Shown piece by piece: positions 1 through 12,873 of a DNA stretch of 64,000 nucleotides; the first letter of the stretch is position 1; each line of letters begins with the position of its first letter. The position numbers and the translations under genes are program-made. This DNA is from Eledone cirrhosa (taxonomy: Eukaryota): contig OZ024743.1 of NCBI GenBank assembly GCA_964016885.1, forward strand, positions 291,338,001-291,402,000, read 5' to 3'. The notes under the pieces were generated by a model that made no database searches, was not told the origin of the DNA, and worked only from the letters and a program-made list of their open reading frames with translations.

Positions 1-1060
1 AATAACTGCATCGAGTGCCTTTTGTTTTCTGTTCAGCAGAGCTTTGACCTCATGGTCATTCTCATCAAACCAGTCCTTGTGTTTTCTTGTAACAAAGCCA
101 GGGACCGCTTCTGAAACAGACTGAGCTCCAGAAGTCATTCAAGTTGTTCGCACACTCAATATTTCAAGCTTGCTACGCAGCTCTTCCTTGACACCTTTAT
201 CTTTCCTACGATTTATATTTAAGCGCTTTCTACTCTTAACACCATTTGCTCTTGTTTACGGTTTGATCACAAAGTTTGTCTTGGCGCGCAGCAGACGACG
301 GTCTATCCAGCACTCTGCGCCACGCAGAACACGCCCATGCTTGATATCCTGCATGTAACGTTTCTTCACAAGAACATAGTTGATCAGATACCACAGTTTC
401 GACCCAGGGTGCATCTATGTTGTCTTGAACTTATCATTTTGCTGGAATATCATGCTGTAGCAAGAGGAGACCATTGCTGTTATATTTCATATATGTGCAT
501 TATATATGACCATTGCTGTAATATTTTCATATATGTCATGTCTGCCGATCACAACCCAAGTCTCATAATCCAAGGCAAGTTTCTCATCTTCATTAGAATT
601 CATTGTTGGGGCATATACACTGGTAATTGTAAGGTAATGGTTGTACATCGTAGGAATCGTCATTGACAGGAGGCGATTGATGATGCTACTTGGAAACAAA
701 TGTCGACACCACAGACGTTTTCACTTCAAAAGCCACACCTGCTTCCCTTTTGAATCCTGCTGCCCTGCCACTCCAGTAAAACGTGTAGCCACTGGACATC
801 TCAGTAATATGAACTTCTACCAGTAGCCTTATTTCAGATGAGGCAACAATTTTCATATTGTATCGTCTTAGCTATTTGACAACAGGAGCTGATATTCTTT
901 CTGGTCGTGATTGTAAAGACACCGAATCTGATAAGGTCTGGATGTTCCAGCAACCACTATTCACAGGTTTCCACTTCTTCTTATTCGCAGTGGCAGGATA
1001 ACGACCCATGATGTGGTGCCCTGGGGCACCTGCCAGGCCAGACCATTCACATCAGTTCCA
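1..1060 (-). mobile_element. Decayed RTE-clade LINE, 5' (AP endonuclease) part, runs off the window start
   Basis: Minus-strand peptides LTITSVYAPTMNSNEDEK, INYVLVKKRYMQDIKHGRVLRGAECWIDRRLLRA and WFDEND match the RTE/BovB APE domain; broken by frameshifts and stops. Confidence 0.8.
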
Positions 1061-3610
1061 GGACACCCATTGCCATTAATTCGTACATTATCATGGTTCA
1101 ATCAATGAATATTTGTTTGCGTTTTTTGGCTACGACCTGGCACAATGCAATAAATTATTTGTTCAAATTGATCAGGTGATGCCTGTGCTTGAATTTTTAA
1201 GTGAAGAAAAGCCCAGAATTAATCCCATTCTCTGAGCAAGTAGAGCATGTACCGAAAAGAAGAACTGGTGAACATCATCGGGTGTCCTATACACTGCAGG
1301 TGTTTATTCGGAGTTCCCCTCGCCTATAGAAGTGTCGGGCTATCTGCGTGCCTTGACGCCAACCCAGGTATTTCCTGTCTCCGCGCACACGGGTACACGT
1401 TATCAAAAAAGAAGGAATTAAAATGTATATATACAAAACACAATCTTGTACATCAGAGGATATATAAGGGACGAAAGATTGAAAGATTTAAAAAGTTAAC
1501 AGGTTAAAAAAAAATGTCAAAAGAATTTAAAATGTATACATAAAGTTATACGTACGCACACACCCGGGGATATATCAAATATACATATATACATACATAT
1601 GCACATATATACCAAAATGTATACACATACACATACAAACAAAAAGAAATACATATACATAGAGTACTAATACATCCCCCACAAGTACACAGTATTTGGA
1701 TGGCCGTTGACACTATTGAGTTCCTCCGCACTTTGTCGAGTTTTGTTTTTCATTCCGCAGGGTGTCCAAATACGACCCTCCTCACCAAGCAAGCTTGATG
1801 GGTTTGCCGGTTTAGTCGCTGACAACCCGACCATGCAACATGTTGTACTGGATTACATTTTACCGGTAGCGCTCGAGAGTGACCTGACATATATACATAT
1901 ATACGTACATATGTAGGTATTATACACTAGATATTAATATAATGATTCAAACGCGATACTAATCCCTGAGGTTCAAGTTTTCGAGTGACTGTTAATCAAT
2001 GAATATATTGTATATATATACATACACGTTTAGTAAGCTTCTACACGTATACTTTTCGTTTCCAGATATTGATGATTCTCACTTTCTGAACTAAAAATAT
2101 CAGGTTAAAAGGCATATATGTGATACGATACCTTTTATTCTACATTCGTGTTCAATCTCATGAAACAATAGTTGCTTTGCTCTATGAGAAAATATTGAAT
2201 ATCATATCAAATTAGATGATTGTTTTTCAAAATCTGTTTATATAATCATTAGAAGACGTTTATGATACCTTATGCAGGTGACACTAGGTTATCTGTTAAT
2301 AAGAGGAGATTACGGTAGAATTACAAATCCTATGTCACATTTGTAATTACCAATTGGATAATAAAAATACGCAAATATTGTTTTATATTATGCTGAGAGT
2401 AATGTTTCTCCAAATTGCATAACATTCTTAAGTTCTACTGTGCGATTTTAAAGGAATTTCTATGCATCATATACTTTTGAATGAAGTTATTTTTTAATAA
2501 TTTATATTACGGTAAACTCTTTGAAAAAGAGTAAGGAAATCAATCAAAATACTGCGGAGTATCTTGACGAGTCAAGATATTTTTACATCCAAGTGACATA
2601 TTCGATATATTTATTTAATAAAGTTTTGAGCTTAAATTATATGAGTTTCTCTTTAAGTTTTTACTTTGTAAATATTTAGAGATCTAAACACATCCATATT
2701 AGAAAACATTTGTATCTTCATCGTTGAGAGTCATTAAACCGATGTGCCAAATTCTTGGCAGATGACACTTTAGTGTTCAGAGAAGCCTAACTGTTCATGT
2801 AATAGGTAACCATGCTAATATCAGTCAGATTTCAATGATATTGCAAGAAATGATCTATTCAGAGTCACAGAATACCGGAGACTATTTGCGTTTTATAGGG
2901 GAATAATATTACAAGAACACACATGCAATGTGAGGAAATATCCAATAAAGTGTGCTGCTTCAAATTACAAAGCAAAGCTCGGTCTGTAAATCAAAACTAC
3001 GGTTATTAATTTGCAAGTTAAACTTCATCGCCAATAGGTGAGGAGTATTCGAATGATCACACTCCAAACTAATAATGTGTCCCACAACATTTCTTGCGAG
3101 CAGCATACACGAAAAGCTAGATACCAGATGCAAAGGTTTGTATGATTCCTTTTTTTTCTCATAATTACAACTTACAAACTAGTAAGCCATGTGTGCTTAC
3201 ATCTCCAACAATCTCGTGATCTAAGTACTGACTGACTCAGGCAATCACTTAATTTCTAAGAGCCGAAAACTGAAACAATAAAATTATTTCGATGTTAGTT
3301 GTCATGATATTGTTTATTTAGACCCCCTAGCGTAACTACCTTTTTAAGCGCCGGGCATTGAAATTAAATTATTCAATCCCATTTCGTGAATAGTTATATA
3401 TCGATACTTATGCGCCTAATGTAGTTTATTTGAAATGTCATATGTATTTATAAGGTTTATATTCTTTCAGAAATCATTGAAATGTTTTTATCACCCTTTT
3501 GGATTTCATGAAACTATCGCAAATTCATCACTATGTGTATAGAAATAAATATCGGATGTAGGATATTGAACGCCTTGTTATTTATTTACAATAGTTTATA
3601 ACATTGCCTT

Positions 3611-4005
3611 TTAATCCGTATGGTAAGCAAATAGGATCCCACGTGCTGGTCTCTCCACAGCCCCGGCGGACAGGATGGAGAAGGCGTTTCCCCAGAGGAT
3701 GGTTAGGGAGATGCGCTGGAAGAGCCATTCCAATTCACGATGCTGATACCTGCAGCTTGCTAGCTCAGTGCCTATGGTGGTGAATAGGGAGGTAGCCCTT
3801 GAGCCAAGGACACCGGAAGTCTCCACTGCCAACTGCATGACCGCGAACCTGTCGGAGACCGAACGGTACTTGGAGAGTGTGGCCTCCTCAGCCCGATGTG
3901 CAGCAGTATTTGGGTTAATCGCAGACTGCACCAGGTTGCGGCTGGAGAAAATGTCGCTGCAAGTGGCATCCTAGACGAGGGGTTTGCCACTGCGGAACGG
4001 GAAGA
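3611..4005 (-). mobile_element. 3' fragment of a CRE-clade LINE (restriction-like endonuclease C-terminus)
   Basis: PFRSGKPLV*DATC...AEEATLSKY...LAVETSGVLG...LFQRISLTILWGNA matches the WDxT / AVETxG / QRxSxAIQRGNA pattern of CRE elements. Confidence 0.75.
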
Positions 4006-4504
4006 TTGTCTGTTATTTACAACTCCATGTACAGTTTTAAGATTTTTGTAATATATTTTGATTGATTTTCTTTTCCAGAATAACATTAATATTATGTCAA
4101 ATCCCCATGATATAAGCGTTATACCTCGAAATTGTTTATGATACATATATTTAGATTTCCCATTTCCGATGTGATTTCCTACCGTTTAAGCAACTGGGAG
4201 TATGGGTTTTCAGAATACTGTGAGTTCCGTTCCAAACTAGTAACGAGTAATATAAGTGTCTTTCTTATTCAAAATAAAAACACACCTCTGAAAAGAATTT
4301 GAGACATCATGGGCATGAGCCCAAATATTAACAACTTGACCGCTCGCCAACAAAATGTCCATAAAACATGTTAGTACATAGTCAATTATTATTGAAGTCA
4401 ACAGTCACCAAGAAAACGAACAAAAAACATTATTTTAAAATAAAAATAGAAAAGAGACATAGAACTCCACGTTTATCGGGCGGTGAGATGGTTTTGTGTG
4501 AGTT

Positions 4505-4540
<36 letters not shown>

Positions 4541-4548
<8 letters not shown>

Positions 4549-4745
4549 TAACAGATTAAAATTTAAGCAAAGAATCGCTGCTTTCACCCTTAACGGGATC
4601 TTCTGAAACTAACAAAGTTCTTTGCTTCAACTTTAATCTGTTATTTTAATAAATATTTGCTGTACGGTTCTTATATATTTGATATATATTTATCCTTATC
4701 GAGCCCTCTTTGCATTTTAGTCTTCAAATTTATTATTATTACTAT
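4541..4745. mobile_element. Mini fold-back insertion in (TA)n, probably PLE-derived
   Basis: Inverted arms 4541-4574 and 4618-4651, unique tail to ~4745, TA tracts on both sides. Confidence 0.5.
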
Positions 4746-4746
4746 A

Positions 4747-4902
<156 letters not shown>

Positions 4903-4919
4903 AGTGGAAATAGGTTTAA

Positions 4920-5192
4920 AGAAGCAAAGTCAGTTATGCAGGATTTGTACAAGCCTTATTTTACATATTTTCCGATATCGATCATCTATGGATACAATCA
5001 AGGTGACGGGCCCGACTCTTTTCGATATCTCGTCAGATATGCTAGCTTATCTGTGTAAAGAAATGTATGCTCGCACATTTTACGAGATATCGAAAAAGAG
5101 TCGGGCCCAGTCACATTGATTGTAGACTGAGCTGATCGATATCGAAATAATTGTAATATGAAAACATGGTTTGTACACTGACTTCGATTCTT
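4920..5192. mobile_element. MITE-like palindromic element, possibly Kolobok-type
   Basis: Long imperfect inverted repeat (tacaatcaaggtgacgggcccgactcttttcgatatctcgt / acgagatatcgaaaaagagtcgggcccagtcacattgattgta); TTAA at 4916-4919 and 5193-5196; starts with AG. Confidence 0.6.
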
Positions 5193-5569
5193 TTAAATAT
5201 CTCTCACTTTGTCTCACTCCCTACCATATATATATATATATAATGTGTTCGTATGTATATACCCCACTGTGCAGTATATTCATTACCGTCTTTTATCACA
5301 TAAGATTATTTTGTCAAGATTCAAATTCTAACATTCGAGAACATTCGTTGAAAAATCATGCTTTCATCGGGGAATGGTACATTTATAGATTAATATAAAA
5401 CGTTCAAAGAGATTGTTTTTCCCAAAGGTTTATTCCTTGTCTTTTGATTAACTTCTCATGACATATTTTTAATTATTTTGTGTGGGTGAGGTGGATTTGA
5501 ACATAGTAAAGTGAAGGAAATATTCACAAAAGAAATACTGAATTATTTACCGACATATCTGGAATTTAA

Positions 5570-5756
5570 TATTGTTTCTACTTTAGGCACAAGGCCAGCA
5601 ATTACCAGTGCATTACTGGTACTTTATTTTATCGACCCCGTAAGGATGAAAGGCAAAGTCAACCTCGGCGGGATTTGAACTCAGATGGTAAAGGGACGTA
5701 ACTATGCTGGAAAGCATGGCGTCCGACCCTCTACCGATACTGCCAATCCACCGCCC
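5570..5756 (-). mobile_element. tRNA-derived SINE family 1, full length
   Basis: A-box-like ttggcagtatcgg and B-box gagttcaaatcc on the minus strand; core gcctttcatccttacggggtcgataaaataaagtaccag repeated many times in the window. Confidence 0.9.
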
Positions 5757-8279
5757 TAATATTGCAAACTAAAAAGATGAAGGCGACGGAAATAATTATT
5801 TTTAGTAAACCATACACACGCACACAAACACAAAGAAACTAAATATAACACACATACGGGCAAAAATGTATATACATATATATTTCTGTTTGTATGAATC
5901 TCTCTATTTCCCTCTATTTCTCCCTCTCTCTTACTATCCCTCATATATGTCTAGACAGTATGGATGCATCACAGATTCGATAATTGCCATACATGGGAGG
6001 CACGAAAATGACATGTAAGTCCTTCTAAGCATTTAGATTCCTTTGTGAATATGATGAAGGGAAAGGAAAATTGCAATGATAAGGCAAATTATGAGAACTT
6101 CGTTTAGATAAAGAGACGCCGGTACGTGAAACCTTTTTAAGTGAAGAAAGGCCTTGGACTGGGCAAATCCCACACTCTAAACAAGAAAAAAAAGTCACAC
6201 CCTTGGCTGCCATCGAATGCTTTCCTTTTTTTTTTTTTTCAGAGTTTTTCTTTTTCAAGAATGATGTCCTATAAAGATCTAGGAGTCTGTCACTTTCCGT
6301 TGGTTATATGCGGGGTTCGGGCTCTAAACCACGCATTTGCATCCCACCGCGCATATCTCCTTTATAAATCAGAATTACATGCTTAAGAATCAGTAAACAA
6401 AAAAATATTATATCAGCACAGCGAGTAAAGATATAGGCCCTCCTTCTAAAAGGGTTACTAAACATACACGATGTGAATTATGTTCGACGGATTACTGTGT
6501 TATTGTCAGGAATTCGTTCGTATATTTTCGCTGGACTACTGATCAAGCAGAGTAAACTCGGATGTAAAGCGGCAATGGTCTGTGTTAGCGTTGTTCGTTT
6601 TGCCTTGAAGTGTTCTTTATACGTATACTTTTATAAGGTTCGCATTTACATCTCGTGTCGTCTACTTTATCGCAATGATTTCTAAGGTGTTCTCTAAAGA
6701 ATCATCATGATGAAATAACTATGATAAGTAATAGTTGGCGCAAACGAGTTATGCTGAGTATTTGTTTGATATGAGTGTAGAGAACGGGGATTTGAAGTAT
6801 TAACCCCACTTAGACCACACACGTAAAAAGTCGTGGCAAAATTGTATCATAAAATATTAAGAAAATAATATACAAAACAAGGATATTAAAAATTCATTGG
6901 CACCTATTTTCAATTGTATATTCGAAACAAATGTATATTTAATTGTATAACACTCAGAAACAATTTACCATATGCAGATACAGCAGGTTGGGTGAATAAT
7001 TTGGCAACATAATTCAATCAGGCATTACTTAGATACGTCAAAAATTCTAGCATTAAGTATGAAACGTGAGAAACTCACATAATTTGCTTCATAAAAAAAT
7101 TAACATCCTAAACAATAATATACAAACAAGAAAAAAAAAAGAACAGCTAACATTTATTTACTGATTACAAATGTTCATCTCGTGTAATAAGTTAAAGAAC
7201 AGGAAGATAATCACTATTTATATTTGACAGAAAGGCAGGTTTTATTATGAATCTGAATAGAGCGAATAATGATGGAAGACAAATAAAACTGATCTGCCTT
7301 GACGTATGTATAATGTAATACATCGAGTTTCTGTAATAAACATACTAATACATCAGAAATTTAGCACTGATCATAATGACAGATATGTTTACATAGTATT
7401 ACATTAATTTTGCATGTTCTTTAATATAAAGATATTCATGAGATCTATTGATTGTTGTATGTATAAAATTAACATATTTTACAAACACCTAGATGTAAAT
7501 AACTTCCAGGCATTTTTGAAGTAACTGTAAAAATATTTCATTGTATTTCTCAATCTTCCATATCTATGTTACTACAGTAGATTTCTGGCAGAATGATGTG
7601 TAATGTGAATATTGGCAGATCACTTGATATAGCAAGTAAAGGTGTGATACATCATGTGATATAGCAAGTAAAATGAACTCTGGATCTATGAATATTATAA
7701 CAGAGAATGGTAATTACTTCTGGTGAACCAAATTTTAACGTTTGTTTCTTGTTCTATGTGTTAGAGCATATGAGCATTATATCCAGTAGGTGTATAGCTT
7801 TGTCAGATTTGTATTTGGCGGTGGAAGTTGTAAAGCTCATGGGGATGGAACGTTCCATATTATACACCTGAAATGTTTAAAAAATCTCATTAATGAAGAC
7901 CACACACAATTAATCTTGCTACAAATACTATACAAATAACACACGTAGTTATATTAGAAACAATACCTTCTTTATATCCTATAATACTTACATAGTTCCT
8001 AAAGCGAACTCATTCGTAGGTATTACCATTTACTCTGCTGACTTAACTATGCCCAATTTTAGAAAAGAAAACGTGCTGAAATATAACGACTGTGTGCATT
8101 ATCATTAGAATCTAATCACATGTTTTCGTTAGAACACGATCAGTTTTATCCATTTATGTTCTAGTTCAATCGTCTTCAGAATGTACATTTGAAATAACAA
8201 GATCACAAACACAAAAATTAGATTCTACATATACTGCAAAACTATGAAAATAGATGGTTTACGACAGAAAAAAGGAGAG

Positions 8280-8535
8280 ACACATAATAAAATCCGAGTC
8301 ACTGAGGAGGTCAAAGCATATGTGACGAAAGAGCTTTGACAATATATAAACAACCATTCGGTTATTGAAACAACCAATCACCCAACAGGAAATATATAAT
8401 ACATTGATGTGAAAACCAGCAGATACGTGTGTTCATATTGGCAGGATGAGCCTTCCAAAGTACAACAATATCTGCTTCAATACACGTTTTCAGATAAGAA
8501 ATCTTACAAAACATTTGCAAAAACAAAGTATATAC
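8280..8535 (+). mobile_element. PLE family A 3' end (diverged copy)
   Basis: Homologous to 34975-35238; contains an HHR; ends in a TA-rich tract. Confidence 0.75.
8298..8340 (+). ncRNA. Minimal type-I hammerhead ribozyme motif (family A)
   Basis: gtca CTGAGGA g GTCA..TGAC GAAA gagc TT tgac. Confidence 0.7.
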
Positions 8536-8567
8536 ACATACATATATATATATATGTATGTATGTGT

Positions 8568-9545
8568 CAATCCTTGGCCTGGCACTTAAACTAAAAGCCT
8601 GTTGAGAAAGTGACTTCCTTGTTCAATCATCTTACCAGAAGCCTAACATTATTTGTCTAAGCGGACAGTACTTGATTTAGGAGTCGCAGAAAAACAAATG
8701 GTGGATTTTTACCAACCATCCAGGGGTCCGGGTAAATTTTTCAATGACATTTTTTTATTTGTTTGACCCGAATTACTTGGTCGTTTCTATGGCTGTGCGG
8801 ATAATGGTTTAACCATCGACTCAGTGTGTTTGGCCTTTTAACGTGTGTTGTAGCTCTGGTTCGTTAGAATTATTGAACGCTTGCCACACATCTCGGAAGT
8901 TGTTTTTCGCTAATTTCCAAAGCCGAAATACGATTCTCGCTAATTTATATTTGTATTAATCTCCAGAGTCTAGTTATTGACCAGTTAATTTTTGTTGATT
9001 TTTTAGCTGATTCTATTGACTGATGAATAGCTTTTGTTAACTTTAAAACCATTCTGTTGGGAACTTAATTCGTTTTGTGATATTTTGCAATTTTGCAATA
9101 ATATACACATACTGAATTCATCCGCCAAAAATAAGGGTTGCCTCCCTTTTCGATCCCCACGTGGGTATTGGAAACGGTCAATCCTTGGCCTGGCTCTTGA
9201 ACTAAAAGCCTGTTGAGAAAGTGACTTCCTTGTTCAATCATCTTACCAGAAGCCTAACATTATTTGTCTAAGCGGACAGTATTTGATTTAGGAGTCGCAG
9301 AAACCCAAATGCTAGATTTTTACCAACCATCCAGGGGTCCGGGTAAATTTTTCAATGACATTTTTTTATTTGTTTGACCCGAATTACTTGGTCGTTTCTA
9401 TGGCTGTTTTAACCATCATCTCAGTGTGTTTGGCCTTTTAACGTATGTTGTAGCTCTGGTTCGTTAGAATTATTGAGCGCTTGCCACACATCTCGAAAGT
9501 TGTTTTTCGATAATTTCCAAAGCCGAAATACGATTGTCGCTAATC
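8568..9545. repeat. Unclassified element with a ~370-bp direct duplication
   Basis: 8568-8945 is near-identical to 9179-9545; flanked by microsatellites. Confidence 0.85.
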
Positions 9546-9599
9546 TCTCTCTCTCTATATATATATATATACATAAATATATATATATATGTATGTATG

Positions 9600-9676
9600 T
9601 ATATATACTTTGTTTTTGAAAATGTTTTGTAAGATTCCTTATCTGAAAACGTGTATTGAAACAGATATTGTTGTAC

Positions 9677-9677
<1 letters not shown>
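9600..9677 (-). mobile_element. Tail-only copy of PLE family A in a TA tract
   Basis: Near reverse complement of 8459-8533. Confidence 0.7.
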
Positions 9678-9709
<32 letters not shown>

Positions 9710-9813
9710 TCCGTAGTGGTAGAGCACTCAGTCCATGGGACGAGTTAGGTAGAAGTGGTTACACAAGGTGAAACAATTGTTCTCGGTATGGTGAACTAAC
9801 TGTTGTGTTACCA

Positions 9814-9900
<87 letters not shown>

Positions 9901-9960
9901 GTACATGTGTTTCATATCATTTATATATATATACATATACATATATATATATATATATAT

Positions 9961-10136
9961 TTCAATTTAGTAATCAAATACAATTATTAAGCTCTAAGAA
10001 AATACTTCTGAGCATTACAGTACAATTTTAAAAATTATGATCAACACTAATGTGTTTTTTTTGCAAAAAAAAAAAAAAAAAATTATTGTCATTTTGCAAA
10101 AAAAACACATTAGTGTTGATCATATTTTTTTAAATT

Positions 10137-10141
<5 letters not shown>
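9961..10141. mobile_element. Mini fold-back insertion in (TA)n
   Basis: Arms 10019-10068 and 10092-10141; unique tail 9961-10018. Confidence 0.6.
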
Positions 10142-10175
<34 letters not shown>

Positions 10176-10409
10176 GTACATATGTTTCATATTTGTATAT
10201 ATATATATATATATATATACATAAAAACGATATGAAAAATCTAAATAGCATATTGCCACTGAGATGTCCGACGCTTCCAAAATTGAGTAGTATACTGAAT
10301 CAAAAATCACCAACGTTTTACAGTAGCAAACTATATTTGAGCATTGAAAATGTAAACACTATATTTGCACAATCCCAATAATACAAAAAAGATTTCATTA
10401 TCAATTGGT

Positions 10410-10845
10410 GTATTGGCAGTATCGGTAGAGAGTCGGACACCATGCTTTTCAGTGTAGAGTCACGGCCCTTTACGGTCTGAGTTGAAATCCCGCCCAGGTT
10501 AACTTTGCCTTTCATCCTTATGGGGTCGATAAAATAAAGTAGCAGTCACGCACTGGGGTCAATTTAATTGACTTTCCCCTCCCCCCAATGTACTAGCCTT
10601 GTGCCTATATAAGAAACCGTTAATTGATGTCTTGGCAGTATCGGTAGAGAGTCGGACACCATGCTTTTCAGCATATAGTTACGGCCCTTTACGGTCTGAG
10701 TTCAAATACTGCCCAGATTAGATTTGCCTTTCATCCTTACGGGATCGATGAAATAAAGTATCAGTTACGCACTGTGGTCGATTTAATCGACTTTCCCTTG
10801 CCCACAATTTTCTGGCCTTGTGCCTATATCAGAAACCATTATTAA
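10410..10845 (+). mobile_element. Two tandem copies of SINE family 1
   Basis: ttggcagtatcggtagagagtcggacaccatgc starts at ~10413 and ~10632; each has a B-box and the shared core. Confidence 0.9.
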
Positions 10846-12047
10846 TTATTTATTTTATTTAATTATAATGAGTCTAAATATTTCACACAAAGATGTTTCA
10901 CATTCTCACTCATTGCAAACAAACATATATCACTATGAGATTGAAATAAATCAGTAATATTTTAGCTCAGAGGCGAAAGATTATAAATCGACCTGTAAAT
11001 ACCGAAATACAAAATTGAACTCAGCGAGATTCAAGGCCAGAAAACAAATGACCATAACTAAATGACACAAATTTTGTTTTCCTTTATTCTCACAATTCGA
11101 CATAACCACAAACATTATCCGCAATAGTAACTATTGTACCATAAATGTGTGCTGCTATGCAGAAAGCCTAGACAAGTTGAGAGAATCGCAAATTCAATTA
11201 ACATTAAGTTTGACGCTTTATTATTGTCATACTAATATATCCACTGATATCTTTATTTCTAATTGGGGTCAAAACCAGCAAATTCTGGATACGGGCAAAG
11301 TTGATAAAATGGACACCTTTAATTCATTTGTATTTCTGTATTTTTTTTGTATCGACGCCTGAAGAATGAAATGCAAATCTGGTCAGGGCGACAAATTAAA
11401 TCAAACATTTAAGGGCAAGATTTACCGTAATGGTATTTTATCTTGTGCTCAAACAATGTTGCCAATCCGCCATCCTGGCTATGATGATTTATTGAAAAAT
11501 AACAATTAAAGAACATTATATTCGACTACATATCAGGACGTTTCAGATGGAGTATGACATTTGTGAAAAATAGCAATAATATCTCGAAGAATATTACACA
11601 TGTGTCAAACTAAGCGAATTAAAAGGAATTGATTTGCTAGAATGTTATAATATCATGCCTACTATGAATTTAGACAAAAATGCTATATAAATATAACTAG
11701 CTAAATTTATAAGTAAAACACTTTCATATGCAATACATATCGTACCCGTGACTGGCTGGCCGTAACATTTAGGGAAATAAACAAAACCATGTCTTTCAAA
11801 TAAAAAAAAAAGCTCAAATGACACGTATACATGAACACTCGAAAAAACACACAACTTAAATACACGCACACAGATACATATATAAGTCTATGAATAAATA
11901 AAAAACCAACAAAACTGATGAAATAGATATCGTATGCTCTATTTAAAATGAGAGAAAGAGAGAAATAAATAAATACGTTGAAGACGTAATACACACATAT
12001 ATATGACTAATAAAATATGTATCTGGTGTATTTAAAACTATCCCCCC

Positions 12048-12110
<63 letters not shown>

Positions 12111-12873
12111 TGTGTGTGTATGCGTGTGTGTGTAATTGTTTCTTCGTGCGTGTTTATGTGAATGTATGATTTAATGAAAATACTGGAGCATAGCAAGACT
12201 GGTGCCTGCTTTATGTAATTCGTATATGACATTGTACAGCATTTTTTTAATGATTAGAAACTTTCGCAACATATTTATACGACGTAACCATATTTTTTAC
12301 CATGTCATTATTCAGAATGCATTTACTTTAAGTACTCTCTCAGCATAAATTCCGTATTCGAAAACTTATAAAAGCATTACTGTCTACATATTCACCAATG
12401 ACGTTTACCATTTGTAAGGACTTTGATGTATCATTTATACTTTACTGGGCGCACCCAACCAGGAGTTCCACTAGCTCATAAAATAAAAATAAACTTCGCA
12501 TTTCTCTCTATTCTCTTTAATCGTTTGTCGCTCTACAAAAATATTCACTTGATTTAGTAAATTTTCCGTTAACAAGCACCAGCCAAGCTATTGACAAATA
12601 CGATTATACATGTATTCTCATGCCTTCTATTAACCTCTTCATATCAAACTGAGTAATGAAGGAGTCGGTGTTCTTCTTTACGTATCTTCGAAGCATGTGG
12701 TTATATGACAGTTTCCCATTTCTTTACACAGTCCTTTGCAACATTATTAAATTCTGCGAGATCTTTTAAGCTGCACTGGTTGGGTAGTAGAGAGCAAACA
12801 AGGCAGTGCTGCATCTTATGGTCCTCCCCTCCGCATTCGCAGATGGTTGGGCCGGTCTGGCCATACCTGCTTT

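Noticed and set aside
5700-5756. tRNA genes at SINE heads
   Set aside because: A and B boxes are present but there is no cloverleaf; they are SINE 5' regions
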